Origin: Setoptus koraiensis
Lineage: Eukaryota > Animalia > Arthropoda
Direction: 5' to 3'
Length of the DNA stretch: 64,000 nucleotides
NCBI GenBank assembly: GCA_048013815.1
Contig: CM106586.1
Location: forward strand, 14,818,001-14,882,000
The notes under the pieces were generated by a model. The model ran no database searches and was not told where the DNA came from. It worked only from the letters and a program-made list of their open reading frames with translations. The first letter of the stretch is position 1. Every line of letters begins with the position of its first letter. Positions 47,228 through 58,770 of the stretch are shown here, piece by piece. The position numbers and the translations under genes were made by a program.

Positions 47228-50031
47228 TTATGTAATCAATCTCTCGCCTCTCATTAGTGACAATGTAACAAGTAAAGGTAAATAGAGTGACAACACGACT
47301 GCCAGGGATTCGCACACTGACTGAGCTGAAGATCCAACCATATCAGAAAAAGAGGGCTCGAATCCAGAATTCAAATTGTTTGGTGGTGCAGTGAACTCGA
47401 TTTCTGAGAAAGGATCTTTAGTTATATCAACGTTTGGTTGAAGTGTCTCGGAGGTGGTCGGCGATTGTGTTGTTTGAGTGTTGCCCGGGATTCTACAAGG
47501 TTTACCACGGTACCATCCTCTGCCTGGAAGATTTGAATCGTCCTCATGCTCTGAAGATGATCCGCTGCTAGCATTGGATCCAGTCGATCCATTCTCATTT
47601 TCATTTTTGTTGTTGTCGTTGGAATTATCACCATCTTCATGATCACTCATAGACTCTTCTGGATCAGTTTCCTCTTCATCTGCACTGTCGTCCTCAGTAT
47701 CGTATTCAGATTCCGTGTCGCTCCCCACTTCATCTCCCCCATCTCCGGAACCGAATTCCTCGTAGTTTTCAGGCACATTAGGTCGTTGAATTCCAGTTGT
47801 TGGTGGATCATTACTTACTTCAGCCAATTTATCAGCCTCAGTACCGACAACGGGGCACCATGGCAAGTTTTCATCTTCTTCAGAACTTGAAGTTTCTGCT
47901 ACCTCAATGGAAGTTGTGGTTGATTGCTGAAGTGTTGATGGCAGAATTGTTGTACTAGTGGGTGGAGCTACTGATACATCTGGTGTACTCGTTTCATACC
48001 AATCAACATCTTTACCTTCCAGTGCCATATTCATTCTGTTAATTGAAAGTTTCAGTATTCCAACTTGTTGTTGAACTGTGAAACTGTGCTTGGCCTCATT
48101 AGCATCCATAACATTCGTCTTCAAATATCGAGAGAGCGATCCGATTTGGCTGTTATCCAGTTCACTATTGATTGATTTGAGAAAGAAAACAATATGAGTT
48201 ACAAATTTGTCACAATTGTCCAAAGAACATAGGTCGACAGATCGACATACAAGAATTCAGATAACATGGAAAATTAAAGAAACTTACCTCAGTTGTGACG
48301 AGTAACAGCTCGGCGGGGTGCTGATTTGCTTACTTGAGTAACCACCGAGAATTTGTTTGCTCAGACAAACATTATTTGGAAGTCGATACCAGAAACCGAT
48401 AGTTTTGTTTATCTGTTGGCGAATTTCGACAACTAGACCAAGAATCTTTTGCTCGTCGTTATTGTTAGTGGTTGAAGCGGCAGTTGCGGGTGTGGACTGG
48501 ATTAGGGGTGATGACTGCAATAACAGTGATGATTGTTGACTACTTTTTGTTATCATAGGGCCAGATATGATGGGTGCACTGAAGTGATTATTAGAAGGAG
48601 GTATCATAATGGGTGCATTCTGTGACACAAATGGTCTCATGCTAGGTGATGACGTCGATGCTGGAACAGCACTAGTCTGTGTGGCTGGTAAAACGGATTG
48701 TGCTCGATTGCGATTGCCTGTTCGTGTTCTTAATACGGCCATCGGAGTAGGATTGCCAGTGTCTCGTTTATGTCTACGAGAGAGTGAATTTGGGGCTATT
48801 CGTAGTAGAGGTGATTTAGGTGCGGATTGAGTCAAGACACTACTGCTTCCAATTTGTGTTGGATAACTCAGTCCTAGATAATGTGCCGTTCGAGGCATAC
48901 CACATGATTGGAACACTTGTTGTTTAATTTTATCACCATTATCCTGGAAGTTCATTATGGCCTCGCTTATTCTCACATCTATTGGATCTACTACAGATTC
49001 TATATTGAGGCTAGTCCGTAATCTGTTAGCTAATTTGACTAATGAATCAACATAACTGTTCCATTCCTTATCTAGATCCTGATTATACTTGAAGCATGAC
49101 CTCTCTAGTACTTGTTCACAAAACTTCAAGCAGGGTGGTCTGTTGACTGGTATGGCGATTCCGATTCCTCCTGGTTGTAGCTGTTGTGTAATTGGAGGTA
49201 CAGGAGCTGATTGCAGTTTCGACTGTATAAAATTTTGACATTGTGTGGACTGACCAAGCTGTTCAAGAATATATCGATAAAAGATTGATGGTTGATTAAT
49301 TTTGTGCATTAAGTATTACGTTCGCAACATAGTGGTTTTGTTAGTCTATAACTTACCTCAATCATGTTGGTGATTATCTCAATGCCAGCATTGAGTGCCT
49401 TCAGGAATGTTCTCGTTGCTATGAATGTTCTTTTGATGTTTGTAATGAAATTGACTGCATAATCGCCAAATGGATTCAATTTTTCCAATTGATCACTTAT
49501 ACAGTTCAGATAGGATTCATCAAAGTCGTATTGTGAGTTAAAAACTTGGAACAGTTTTCTGTATAAAAGTTGGAAGAAACGATCCATCGATTTGTCCAGA
49601 TTGATGTCACCATTGTCATAGTACCGCTCTAGATCTTCGTACATATCAGTGAATATTTGTGAATTCTTTTCATAGTGTAAACCATAGGTAGATACAAACA
49701 TGTGATTGAAATCTCGTTTCGATGAAGACAACAGTTGTCTGAATGATTCGTCGAATTTTGTAGATTTGCTCGTAAAGAATGCTCTCAACTCGAGCAATGC
49801 GGTTCTTGTCGCATTTGAATATTGATTGTGAATTGTTGTTTTTACTGTTTGTGGTGAGATTAACGCTGGTATTGAGACTGGTGACGAATAGGATGTTGAG
49901 GTGCTGTTTGTTAACGATGGTGCACTATTCGTTACTGGTATTCCAACTGTTGCTGTTTCTGAAAATGTCAATTGTGTAACAATAAATATAAAAACAAGTG
50001 AGGTCATTTTGTTTCTCGGAGATCTGTCCAT
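47228..50031 (-). CDS. dlp: Glypican (dally-like/GPC4-6 class), copy A; exons 50031-49357, 49258-48288, 48164-47228 (~860 aa)
   Basis: Signal peptide; FDESFRQLL...MFVSTYG.HY.KN; YLNC...LNPFGD; NIESVVDPIDVRISEAIMNFQDNG; RRHKR furin-type site; acidic GSG heparan sulfate sites; hydrophobic GPI signal. Confidence 0.88.
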
Positions 50032-50690
50032 CTTGAGGCATGCAACTGTCGGAGTGTTCATTTTTTCAGCTGATAAACGATGCTAGTGGGGACTGCTCTT
50101 ACTTTCAACGTTGACCATGTGTACTCTAGGATTCGTGTTGGAAATGGTTCTGCTCTGAATAATATTTGAAATAGTAAAACAAAGTGTTGGACTGCAACAT
50201 CTCAAACTACAGCCACTGAACTTTGGATATTCTTGACATGTTATCATTAAATTTGGTTCTGTTTGTACCTATTGAGAGCCATGTTCATATCAACAATAAT
50301 GATTGATAGTGCTAACAATGATAATAACAGTAATAATAACTGGAGAATAACAATGATAAGTTTCTCGGTTTCTTTCAGTTTCTCCTCTGAATGATTTGAT
50401 CGTTGAATTGATATGCACCACCTCGTACATGTTGCGCAGGCGCATCCTACTTGTTGAATCGCCTGTTCCTTCACCTCAATGATGGACAAAGGAGCATACA
50501 AAGAGAGCGTCCTCTCATTAATACCAGCAAGTTCACCTGGTTTCGCACAAATGGAATTTGTTCGATGCGACAAATTGGGGGAAGGAATATGGTGCGTTTT
50601 GGCTCGTGCTGTTGTGCCAGCCCCTTTTGACGTGCGCGGTGCATGTTAATCTCACTCTGTGGCTCTCGCTCGCTCTCTCTCTCTCTCTCT

Positions 50691-50756
50691 GTAGGCTACT
50701 TAACATTAATTATTCCATTGGAATTTAAAGATGGCGGTCATCTTTTGCGCATAGAG
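50691..50756. promoter_or_regulatory. Conserved non-coding element upstream of glypican A (YY1/Pho-type AAGATGGCGG next to a GA/CT repeat)
   Basis: 65/66 nt identical to the reverse complement of 51882-51947, inside an otherwise diverged spacer. Regulatory role is inferred. Confidence 0.5.
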
Positions 50757-51055
50757 GGGAGATAACTCATCTGAGATAAGTGAAGGTATACACACACACT
50801 CACACACACAAGTTCTGTTGTCATTGAACAAAATGTATGATCGATGTGCGAGTGTTTGTGTGTGTGTGTGTGTGTGTGTTTTTGTCTGCGGATTCCTGTG
50901 CCCCTGGAGGATGCACGTCGCTTTTGGTCGCCGCTCGCATGCATGCTCGCATCTTTATAGGCGCATAGGAATAGGATGATGCCGATGATGAAGCCCGCGG
51001 TGATGCCAACGGTGGTGCCAATAGTGATGGTTAACACACATCAACCTGAACAACA

Positions 51056-51090
<35 letters not shown>

Positions 51091-51881
51091 GCTCACGCAC
51101 ACACACTCGCTCGCAAACACACAAACACCAGTGTGCAGGTTGACCGCACTTTCTCGGACCACCACACACAGTTTTTCGCTTGAAGCCACCTAAAGATCAA
51201 TGCAATTATAAGTATAGGGTGGAGCAAGCAACTGAGCATGTTTCTACTGTTTATGCTACGCTGCCTTCCACAGTGCATTTTCTGCACACACACACTGCGC
51301 GCTGCTTCCAATGTGCACCGATGTTTTAAGAAATATCCAACAGAGGCGCTGCTCACACTTTGTTCAACGAAGAATGCACTGCAGCGCCGCCCTCGCGGAC
51401 CTTTTTTAAACTAATATAGGTGCATCAGAAAAACCCGTGCTTACTCAAATTAACCAAGGTGGGCAATTGCTTGCCACCATGGTGTACACCCTGTACATGA
51501 TGGTGGTCTAGCGAGCGACGTACAGCGTGTTGCGTCACTATGGTCCGCCATTGGCATTGGTGTTGCGGCAAGTGGAAGCACAAAACTTTGCGGAGGCGCA
51601 AGAGAGTGTGGTCAATTTGTAATGGTATTTGTGTGAGTGTTGGTGTTGGTGTGTTTGTCCAAGTTGTGTTATGCGTTAACCATCACCATGGGCAGTGCCA
51701 TGGACATCATCTTTCTATGTGTATACGGACACATTGAGTTCATGTGAGCGGCGACCAAAAGAGACGTGCATCCTCTGACCGAAAGAATTCGCAGACAAAA
51801 ACACACACACACACGCACACACAGATCATACATTTTGTTCGATGACAACAACACTTGTGTGTGTACATTCACCTACCTTCT

Positions 51882-51947
51882 CTCTATGCGCAAAAGATGA
51901 CCGCCATCTTTGAATTCCAATGGAATAATTAATGTTAAGTAGCCTAC
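51882..51947. promoter_or_regulatory. Conserved non-coding element upstream of glypican B (inverted partner of 50691-50756)
   Basis: Contains CCGCCATCTT and is followed directly by (GA)n at 51948-51980. Confidence 0.5.
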
Positions 51948-51980
<33 letters not shown>

Positions 51981-52543
51981 AAGAGATTAACATGCATCGC
52001 GCATTTCAAAGGGGGAGGGAACAAACACACAAGGACCCTTTTCTGTCGCATCAAACGAAATCTATCCCTATGAAACCAGGTGGGTTTCGCCGTGATATAG
52101 TGGAGGAGCTGATATCACTGTGCACTGTCCTTGTTGGTCACTCGCTGTCGCTCTGCTGCTTTGTCCATTAATAAAACGAAGGCACAAGCGATTCAACAAG
52201 TAGAATGCGCCTGCGCAACATGTACGAGGTGGTGTATATCAATTCAACGATCGAACCATTCAGAGGAAAGAGAAGAGGAATGGAACTGAGAATTATCATT
52301 GTTGTACCACTATGTTTATCACTATTCTCATAATGCTATTGTAATTATAAAATTATTCTTGTTACAATTGTCGGGCGCTCGATTGCTACCTAGAAAACAG
52401 CATGTCGTCCAGAATATACAAAGTAATATAGAAATAGCTATTGCAAACTGTAAAAGAGAAGCACTAGATAACTTACTTTTATTATTTTCATTTATGTATT
52501 TATATATTTGAGCTTAACAAAGATGTCAGTTGCATGCCTCAAG

Positions 52544-55333
52544 ATGGACAGATCTCCAAGATACAAAATTGCCTCACTTGTTTTTATTTTTATTGTTACA
52601 CAATTGACATTTTCAGAAACAGCAACAGTTGGAATACCAGTAACGAATAGTGCACCATCGTTAACAAACAGCACCTCAACATCCTTTTCGTCACCAGTCT
52701 CAATACCAGCGTTAATCTCACCACAAACAGTAAAAACAACAATTCACAATCAATATTCAAATGCGACAAGAACCGCATTGCTCGAGTTGAGAGCATTCTT
52801 TACGAGCAAATCTACAAAATTCGACGAATCATTCAGACAACTGTTGTCTTCATCGAAACGAGATTTCAATCACATGTTTGTATCTACCTATGGTTTACAC
52901 TATGAAAAGAATTCACAAATATTCACTGATATGTACGAAGATCTAGAGCGGTACTATGACAATGGTGACATCAATCTGGACAAATCGATGGATCGTTTCT
53001 TCCAACTTTTATACAGAAAACTGTTCCAAGTTTTTAACTCACAATACGACTTTGATGAATCCTATCTGAACTGTATAAGTGATCAATTGGAGAAATTGAA
53101 TCCATTTGGTGATTATGCAGTGAATTTCATTACAAACATCAAAAGAACATTCATAGCAACGAGAACATTCCTGAAGGCACTCAATGCTGGCATTGAGATA
53201 ATCACCAACATGATTGAGGTAAGTTATAGACTAACAAAACCACTATGTTGCGAACGTAATACTTAATGCACAAAATTAATCAACCATCAATCTTTTATCG
53301 ATATATTCTTGAACAGCTTGGTCAGTCCACACAATGTCAAAATTTTATACAGTCGAAACTGCAATCAGCTCCTGTACCTCCAATTACACAACAGCTACAA
53401 CCAGGAGGAATCGGAATCGCCATACCAGTCAACAGACCACCCTGCTTGAAGTTTTGTGAACAAGTACTAGAGAGGTCATGCTTCAAGTATAATCAGGATC
53501 TAGATAAGGAATGGAACAGTTATGTTGATTCATTAGTCAAATTAGCTAACAGATTACGGACTAGCCTCAATATAGAATCTGTAGTAGATCCAATAGATGT
53601 GAGAATAAGCGAGGCCATAATGAACTTCCAGGATAATGGTGATAAAATTAAACAACAAGTGTTCCAATCATGTGGTATGCCTCGAACGGCACATTATCTA
53701 GGACTGAGTTATCCAACACAAATTGGAAGCAGTAGTGTCTTGACTCAATCCGCACCTAAATCACCTCTACTACGAATAGCCCCAAATTCACTCTCTCGTA
53801 GACATAAACGAGACACTGGCAATCCTACTCCGATGGCCGTATTAAGAACACGAACAGGCAATCGCAATCGAGCACAATCCGTTTTACCAGCCACACAGAC
53901 TAGTGCTGTTCCAGCATCGACGTCATCACCTAGCATGAGACCATTTGTGTCACAGAATGCACCCATTATGATACCTCCTTCTAATAATCACTTCAGTGCA
54001 CCCATCATATCTGGCCCTATGATAACAAAAAGTAGTCAACAATCATCACTGTTATTGCAGTCATCACCCCTAATCCAGTCCACACCCGCAACTGCCGCTT
54101 CAACCACTAACAATAACGACGAGCAAAAGATTCTTGGTCTGGTTGTCGAAATTCGCCAACAGATAAACAAAACTATCGGTTTCTGGTATCGACTTCCAAA
54201 TAATGTTTGTCTGAGCAAACAAATTCTCGGTGGTTACTCAAGTAAGCAAATCAGCACCCCGCCGAGCTGTTATTCGTCACAACTGAGGTAAGTTTCTTAA
54301 ATTTTTCCATGTTATCTGAATTCTTGTATGTCGATCTGTCGACATATGCTCTTTGGACAATTGTGACAAATTTGTAACTCATATTGTTTTCTTTCTCAAA
54401 TCAATCAATAGTGAACTGGATAACAGCCAAATCGGATCGCTCTCTCGATATTTGAAGACGAATGTTATGGATGCTAATGAGGCCAAGCACAGTTTCACAG
54501 TTCAACAACAAGTTGGAATACTGAAACTTTCAATTAACAGAATGAATATGGCACTGGAAGGTAAAGATGTTGATTGGTATGAAACGAGTACACCAGATGT
54601 ATCAGTAGCTCCACCCACTAGTACAACAATTCTGCCATCAACACTTCAGCAATCAACCACAACTTCCATTGAGGTAGCGGAAACGTCAACTCCTGAAGAT
54701 GGTGAAAATCTACCTCTGTGTCCTGTCGATGGATCTGGTGAAGTAAGCGCTGATCCCCCAGCGACTGAGGAACAAAATTCAAACATCGATCATGCAAATG
54801 GAGAGGAATTTGGTTCTGGCGATGGCGGCATCGATGATGGAGAGGGTGATGACGAATCAGGTAGTGAAGACGAAAGCACAGCGGATGAGGAGGAAGAAAG
54901 TGATCCAGAAGAGTCATCCAGTGAGCACGAAGATAGTGATTATTCTAATGGCAACAATAACGAGTCCACTACAAGTGGCGGGCCATCTTCAGAGCAAGAG
55001 CAGCAATCAAATAATCCAAACAGAGGATGGTACCGTGGTAAACCTTGTAGAATTCCAGACATTACTCAAACAACACAATCGCCAACTACGTCTGAGACCA
55101 TTCAGCCGAATATTGATATAACTAAAGACCCCATCGACGGAACAGATTTACCACCACCACCAAACACTTTAGGTAGTCCCATCGTCTTGGAAATTGGACC
55201 ATCTCTTTTGAATAATGCCAATCAGTCGGGATCATCGGCGCTATTGTGTAGTCCTATAACACTTATGTTATCTTCATATATACCTTTACTAGTTACTTTG
55301 TCGTTGATAAGAGACGTCCGATGGATCCTATGA
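52544..55333 (+). CDS. dlp: Glypican (dally-like/GPC4-6 class), copy B; exons 52544-53218, 53317-54287, 54412-55333 (~855 aa)
   Basis: Same motifs and intron phases as copy A; DGSGE, GSGDGG and ESGSE sites; GPI signal ...SYIPLLVTLSLIRDVRWIL. Confidence 0.88.
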
Positions 55334-56190
55334 GACCAAGCTGTGACACTGCTTATATAGAAGAAGAGCTTAGTTACAACTAATTATTAGATCTCAATCA
55401 CTTGTGCTGATATTATTATTTATTCGTGTAGATAAATTTATTTAAGAATGATTAGATGAATAAATCCATAACTAAGGTGAATATCATACCTGATAAACTC
55501 AATTGATGCATCATTGTTATGTCTATTCTATGATTGGACCTAGAATTTTTTCGATATATATCTAAATACAACTTCCTATGGTCTCTCTGTCATAATGACG
55601 AGGCTATTTGCCGATGTCGTAAAACTGTGTGAACTTTTCTCGTGGAGAACCGTGTTTCTGATCGACTACATGCAGAATTCGAACTTCAAGTTGTGATGAA
55701 CCTGAACTGCAGATTCATGTGGACGCACTGATTTATGCAAAAGCTATGCTCAACACACTGATGAACAAATCTTCAGATATCTTATCGAACCTTTAAGATT
55801 TTCAATTATAAGATTCACAACGTGGCCTCAGGTCCATTTTATACACGAGTAACATTCCTCATTTGAGAACACGTAACATCCAGTGTCAAGCTTCTACTCA
55901 AAAGACCAGCTCACATTTACAAAATCTTTCGTAATGTTAGGTTGCGCGTTTATATAATCCTGCAGTTCTGATGGGCAAGCATATGAGAACTGCAGGAGGG
56001 TAACACGTGTTATTTATTCAAAATTTGCGCTAACCTGTGAGTTAAATTCGATAATGTAAGCCATTCAGAAGAATCCTACTTGATACATATTATAATATAT
56101 ACAGACACGATTTTATTTTATATATTTATTTTTACACTCCGGCAATCTCACGGATACCTCAGCATATAAGGGAAAGTAATTAATCTCGAC

Positions 56191-56904
56191 ATGGAATTTG
56201 AGGAGGCTATACAGCGTTTGAGCTCAATCTATCCCCATGTGACAATTTGCGTTTTCGATGATATAGAAAAAGAGAGAAGTTGTTATCAACGTTGGAGGAA
56301 ATTACAGGTCACAAAAGACAACGATGAAATTTTACCTATAAATCCAGAACTTATCAATGATTGGCTATTTTGTCACAATCACGATCACAATGAGGTGCGC
56401 GAGGAATGCGAGAAATTGACAACATTGACAACTGTAGGACAAATCAACAAACTACTTATCCAATCCTATGCTACCTATCCGGATGAGTATATATTTGAGA
56501 GTCAGGACGGACAATTCTCTGTGTATGTTTCTGTACAGAATTCATCTTGGTACTTTTGTCATTCCGTAGATACAACCAGCACAGAAACCAAGAGAGTGCC
56601 TTTTAATCTGGTCAAAGCGTCCTATTTACATTACAAGATATATCACAAAGATTCAAACAATTTCAGCGTGCATGAGCTGAGTAATCTACGTCTTTCATTC
56701 ACTGTCGATTGGTATAGAGCATCAAATCAAGTTATTGTTGAGTTAATAGACATTCTGGACGACTCAAATAAACGACTGCAAACGCCCGTCAGGAAAGCGA
56801 CAGCAGTGAAGGCAATAGGAAAGCAAGATGATATGGTTGAGCTAAAATGTGGATTTATCACTAGAGAAGACATTTGTAGTATTTTCCAACGATTGACCAT
56901 CTGA
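56191..56904 (+). CDS. Hypothetical protein (237 aa), no recognised family
   Basis: ATG-initiated, non-repetitive ORF with globular-like composition in AT-rich flanks; not antisense to another gene. Confidence 0.55.
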   Translation: MEFEEAIQRLSSIYPHVTICVFDDIEKERSCYQRWRKLQVTKDNDEILPINPELINDWLFCHNHDHNEVREECEKLTTLTTVGQINKLLIQSYATYPDEYIFESQDGQFSVYVSVQNSSWYFCHSVDTTSTETKRVPFNLVKASYLHYKIYHKDSNNFSVHELSNLRLSFTVDWYRASNQVIVELIDILDDSNKRLQTPVRKATAVKAIGKQDDMVELKCGFITREDICSIFQRLTI

Positions 56905-57357
56905 CAGCATGATGATTCAATTATGAAAAAAAGAAATAAATTATAAAATAAAATAAAATAAATAATAAAGATACGCGCTTTAGGCGACTTTTCGCATTTC
57001 ATCATTTCTTGCTGTTAGCGCGACACACATGGGCTTGTGAATGGGGCGCGTTTGAGGGTCGCGAGTCGCGACTTGTGTCAGAATGCGCCTAGCGCTGAGC
57101 GCCTATTACTTATCGCCTATTGCTTCTCGTCTGGCGCCCATCGAAGCTGCGACGCACACAAAGCGGATAGGGCACACTTTCAATATACGTATAAAAGTAC
57201 TATATACGGGAGGCTCGATGCCTGCAGCCTGTGTGGTGTACATACATATATACACACCGAATATATATATATATATATATTTCGAACGGACTAGTATTCC
57301 GCAGCGGCGCCCTGCGTGAATGTGTGCGCGATAATACCACCGTGGGCCTGCGTGAAG

Positions 57358-57420
57358 TATATATATATATATATATATATAGTTATATATATATATATAT
57401 AACTATATATATATATGTAT
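57358..57420. repeat. (TA)n microsatellite with internal AGTT...AACT dyad
   Basis: TA runs are interrupted by AGTT and its reverse complement AACT, giving a palindromic tract. Confidence 0.85.
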
Positions 57421-58770
57421 ATGACAAACACACACTTTTAGTTTTGTTAGCACACACACACACACACACTGCTGGGCCAGCAGTGCTGGCCCCCTTCTGG
57501 AGCTCATTGAAAGAATCACTGAGACGCAAAACACGCACTCATAAAGACAAACTCGCACAGATAGACAGATATTTAGAGGCGCGCACACACATACACAATC
57601 GCAACAATGCAGATAATTGAGAGTGCTGGGGGGACCTAGCGAATTTTTCAACTACCAACGCTAGCTGAGCACACACACACGCACACGCTATTGCTTCTCT
57701 TTGGTGGCTCGTTCGCTCGCTCACTCCCCTCTCTCGCTCTCTTATTTTTCTCTCGCTTGCCACCCGATTCAATTCAATTCAATCCGATTTAACTCCTACT
57801 CTCACTCCTACTATTGCGCTCCCACACTCACAATTCTCGCCTCCTCCTCCCGCTGCTGCTACAGCCACGGGCACGACTGCTGCTGTTATCGCTGCTCAAA
57901 TATCTGATGATTGTAATAGAGGGGAGCTGGCAATATATATATATATATGTATAAATATATGTATGTATATATTGAGAGAGGGAGAGCGAGAATTGATAGA
58001 ACTACAGAACAGTAATAGATGTGGAACAAAACGATTCGACAGACACACGCACGATTACGCGGAACATATTCGAGAGAACATTTGATAAAATCTATTATAA
58101 ATTCTATTGCATTATAATCATCATCATTATTAATTATTATTATTATTATTAATTTACACACGCATACAATTACACATATAAATACAAATATATATACATA
58201 GACGATTCGACAGCCTAGACCTGGAAGTAGAGCCAATTGTGTTTTGTTTGTTAATGATAATAATTGTACGTCATTCAAAATAATTACTAGATTATAACAA
58301 TTATAACTATTATTACGCAATAATAATAATAGTAGGCGCACAAATCGACATTTTACAATTGTTAGCGTTTTAATAAGAATTTTAAGCAGCTACAAATAGC
58401 TCATCAGCTTCACCATTATACGTACATAGTCGATTTAGTCTATATAGTGTGTCGATGATATATTGTATCAACATAATGCACAAAACCATTAAGCGCAATT
58501 ATAGAGCCATCATTTTTATTGTATCACAGAAGCATCGTTATTAGTTGCGCACCAAACGTCACCAATTGTTTTGTTCTAATCAAATAATATATTTAATAAT
58601 ATTTTTTAAGCCACACACACACACTAACCTAGGAACCTATTATTAATATAATTATTATTACTAATTGCAACTATCAAATTACTTAAAAGCTATCGTCATT
58701 GTAATAGCTAGCTGCTCTACAGCATTAGTTGATATTATTCAGCCACCTAGCGGAGATAGCAGCAGGCAGG

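Larger units (their letters stand above)
47145..55410. repeat. Imperfect inverted duplication (palindrome centred near 51.3 kb) containing both glypican genes
   Basis: ~50045-47900 is the reverse complement of ~52530-54680 with only a handful of substitutions. Diverged homology continues into the last exon, the 3' UTRs (TATAGAAGAAGAGCTT.GTTACAACTAATTAT.AGATCTCAATCA) and the spacer. Confidence 0.9.

Noticed and set aside
50738-52171. Short ORFs in the glypican spacer, and similar ones at 22-23.5, 27.2-28.1 and 57-58.3 kb
   Set aside because: Built on CA/GA/TA/CAG microsatellites (THTH, RERE, YIYI, CCCC runs) with mostly non-ATG starts.
54546-54560. Partial matches to known miRNA sequences (miR-263-like here, miR-100-like at 22371, miR-34-like near 1834)
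   Set aside because: Only 9-13 nt match, with no hairpin context; one lies inside a CDS.
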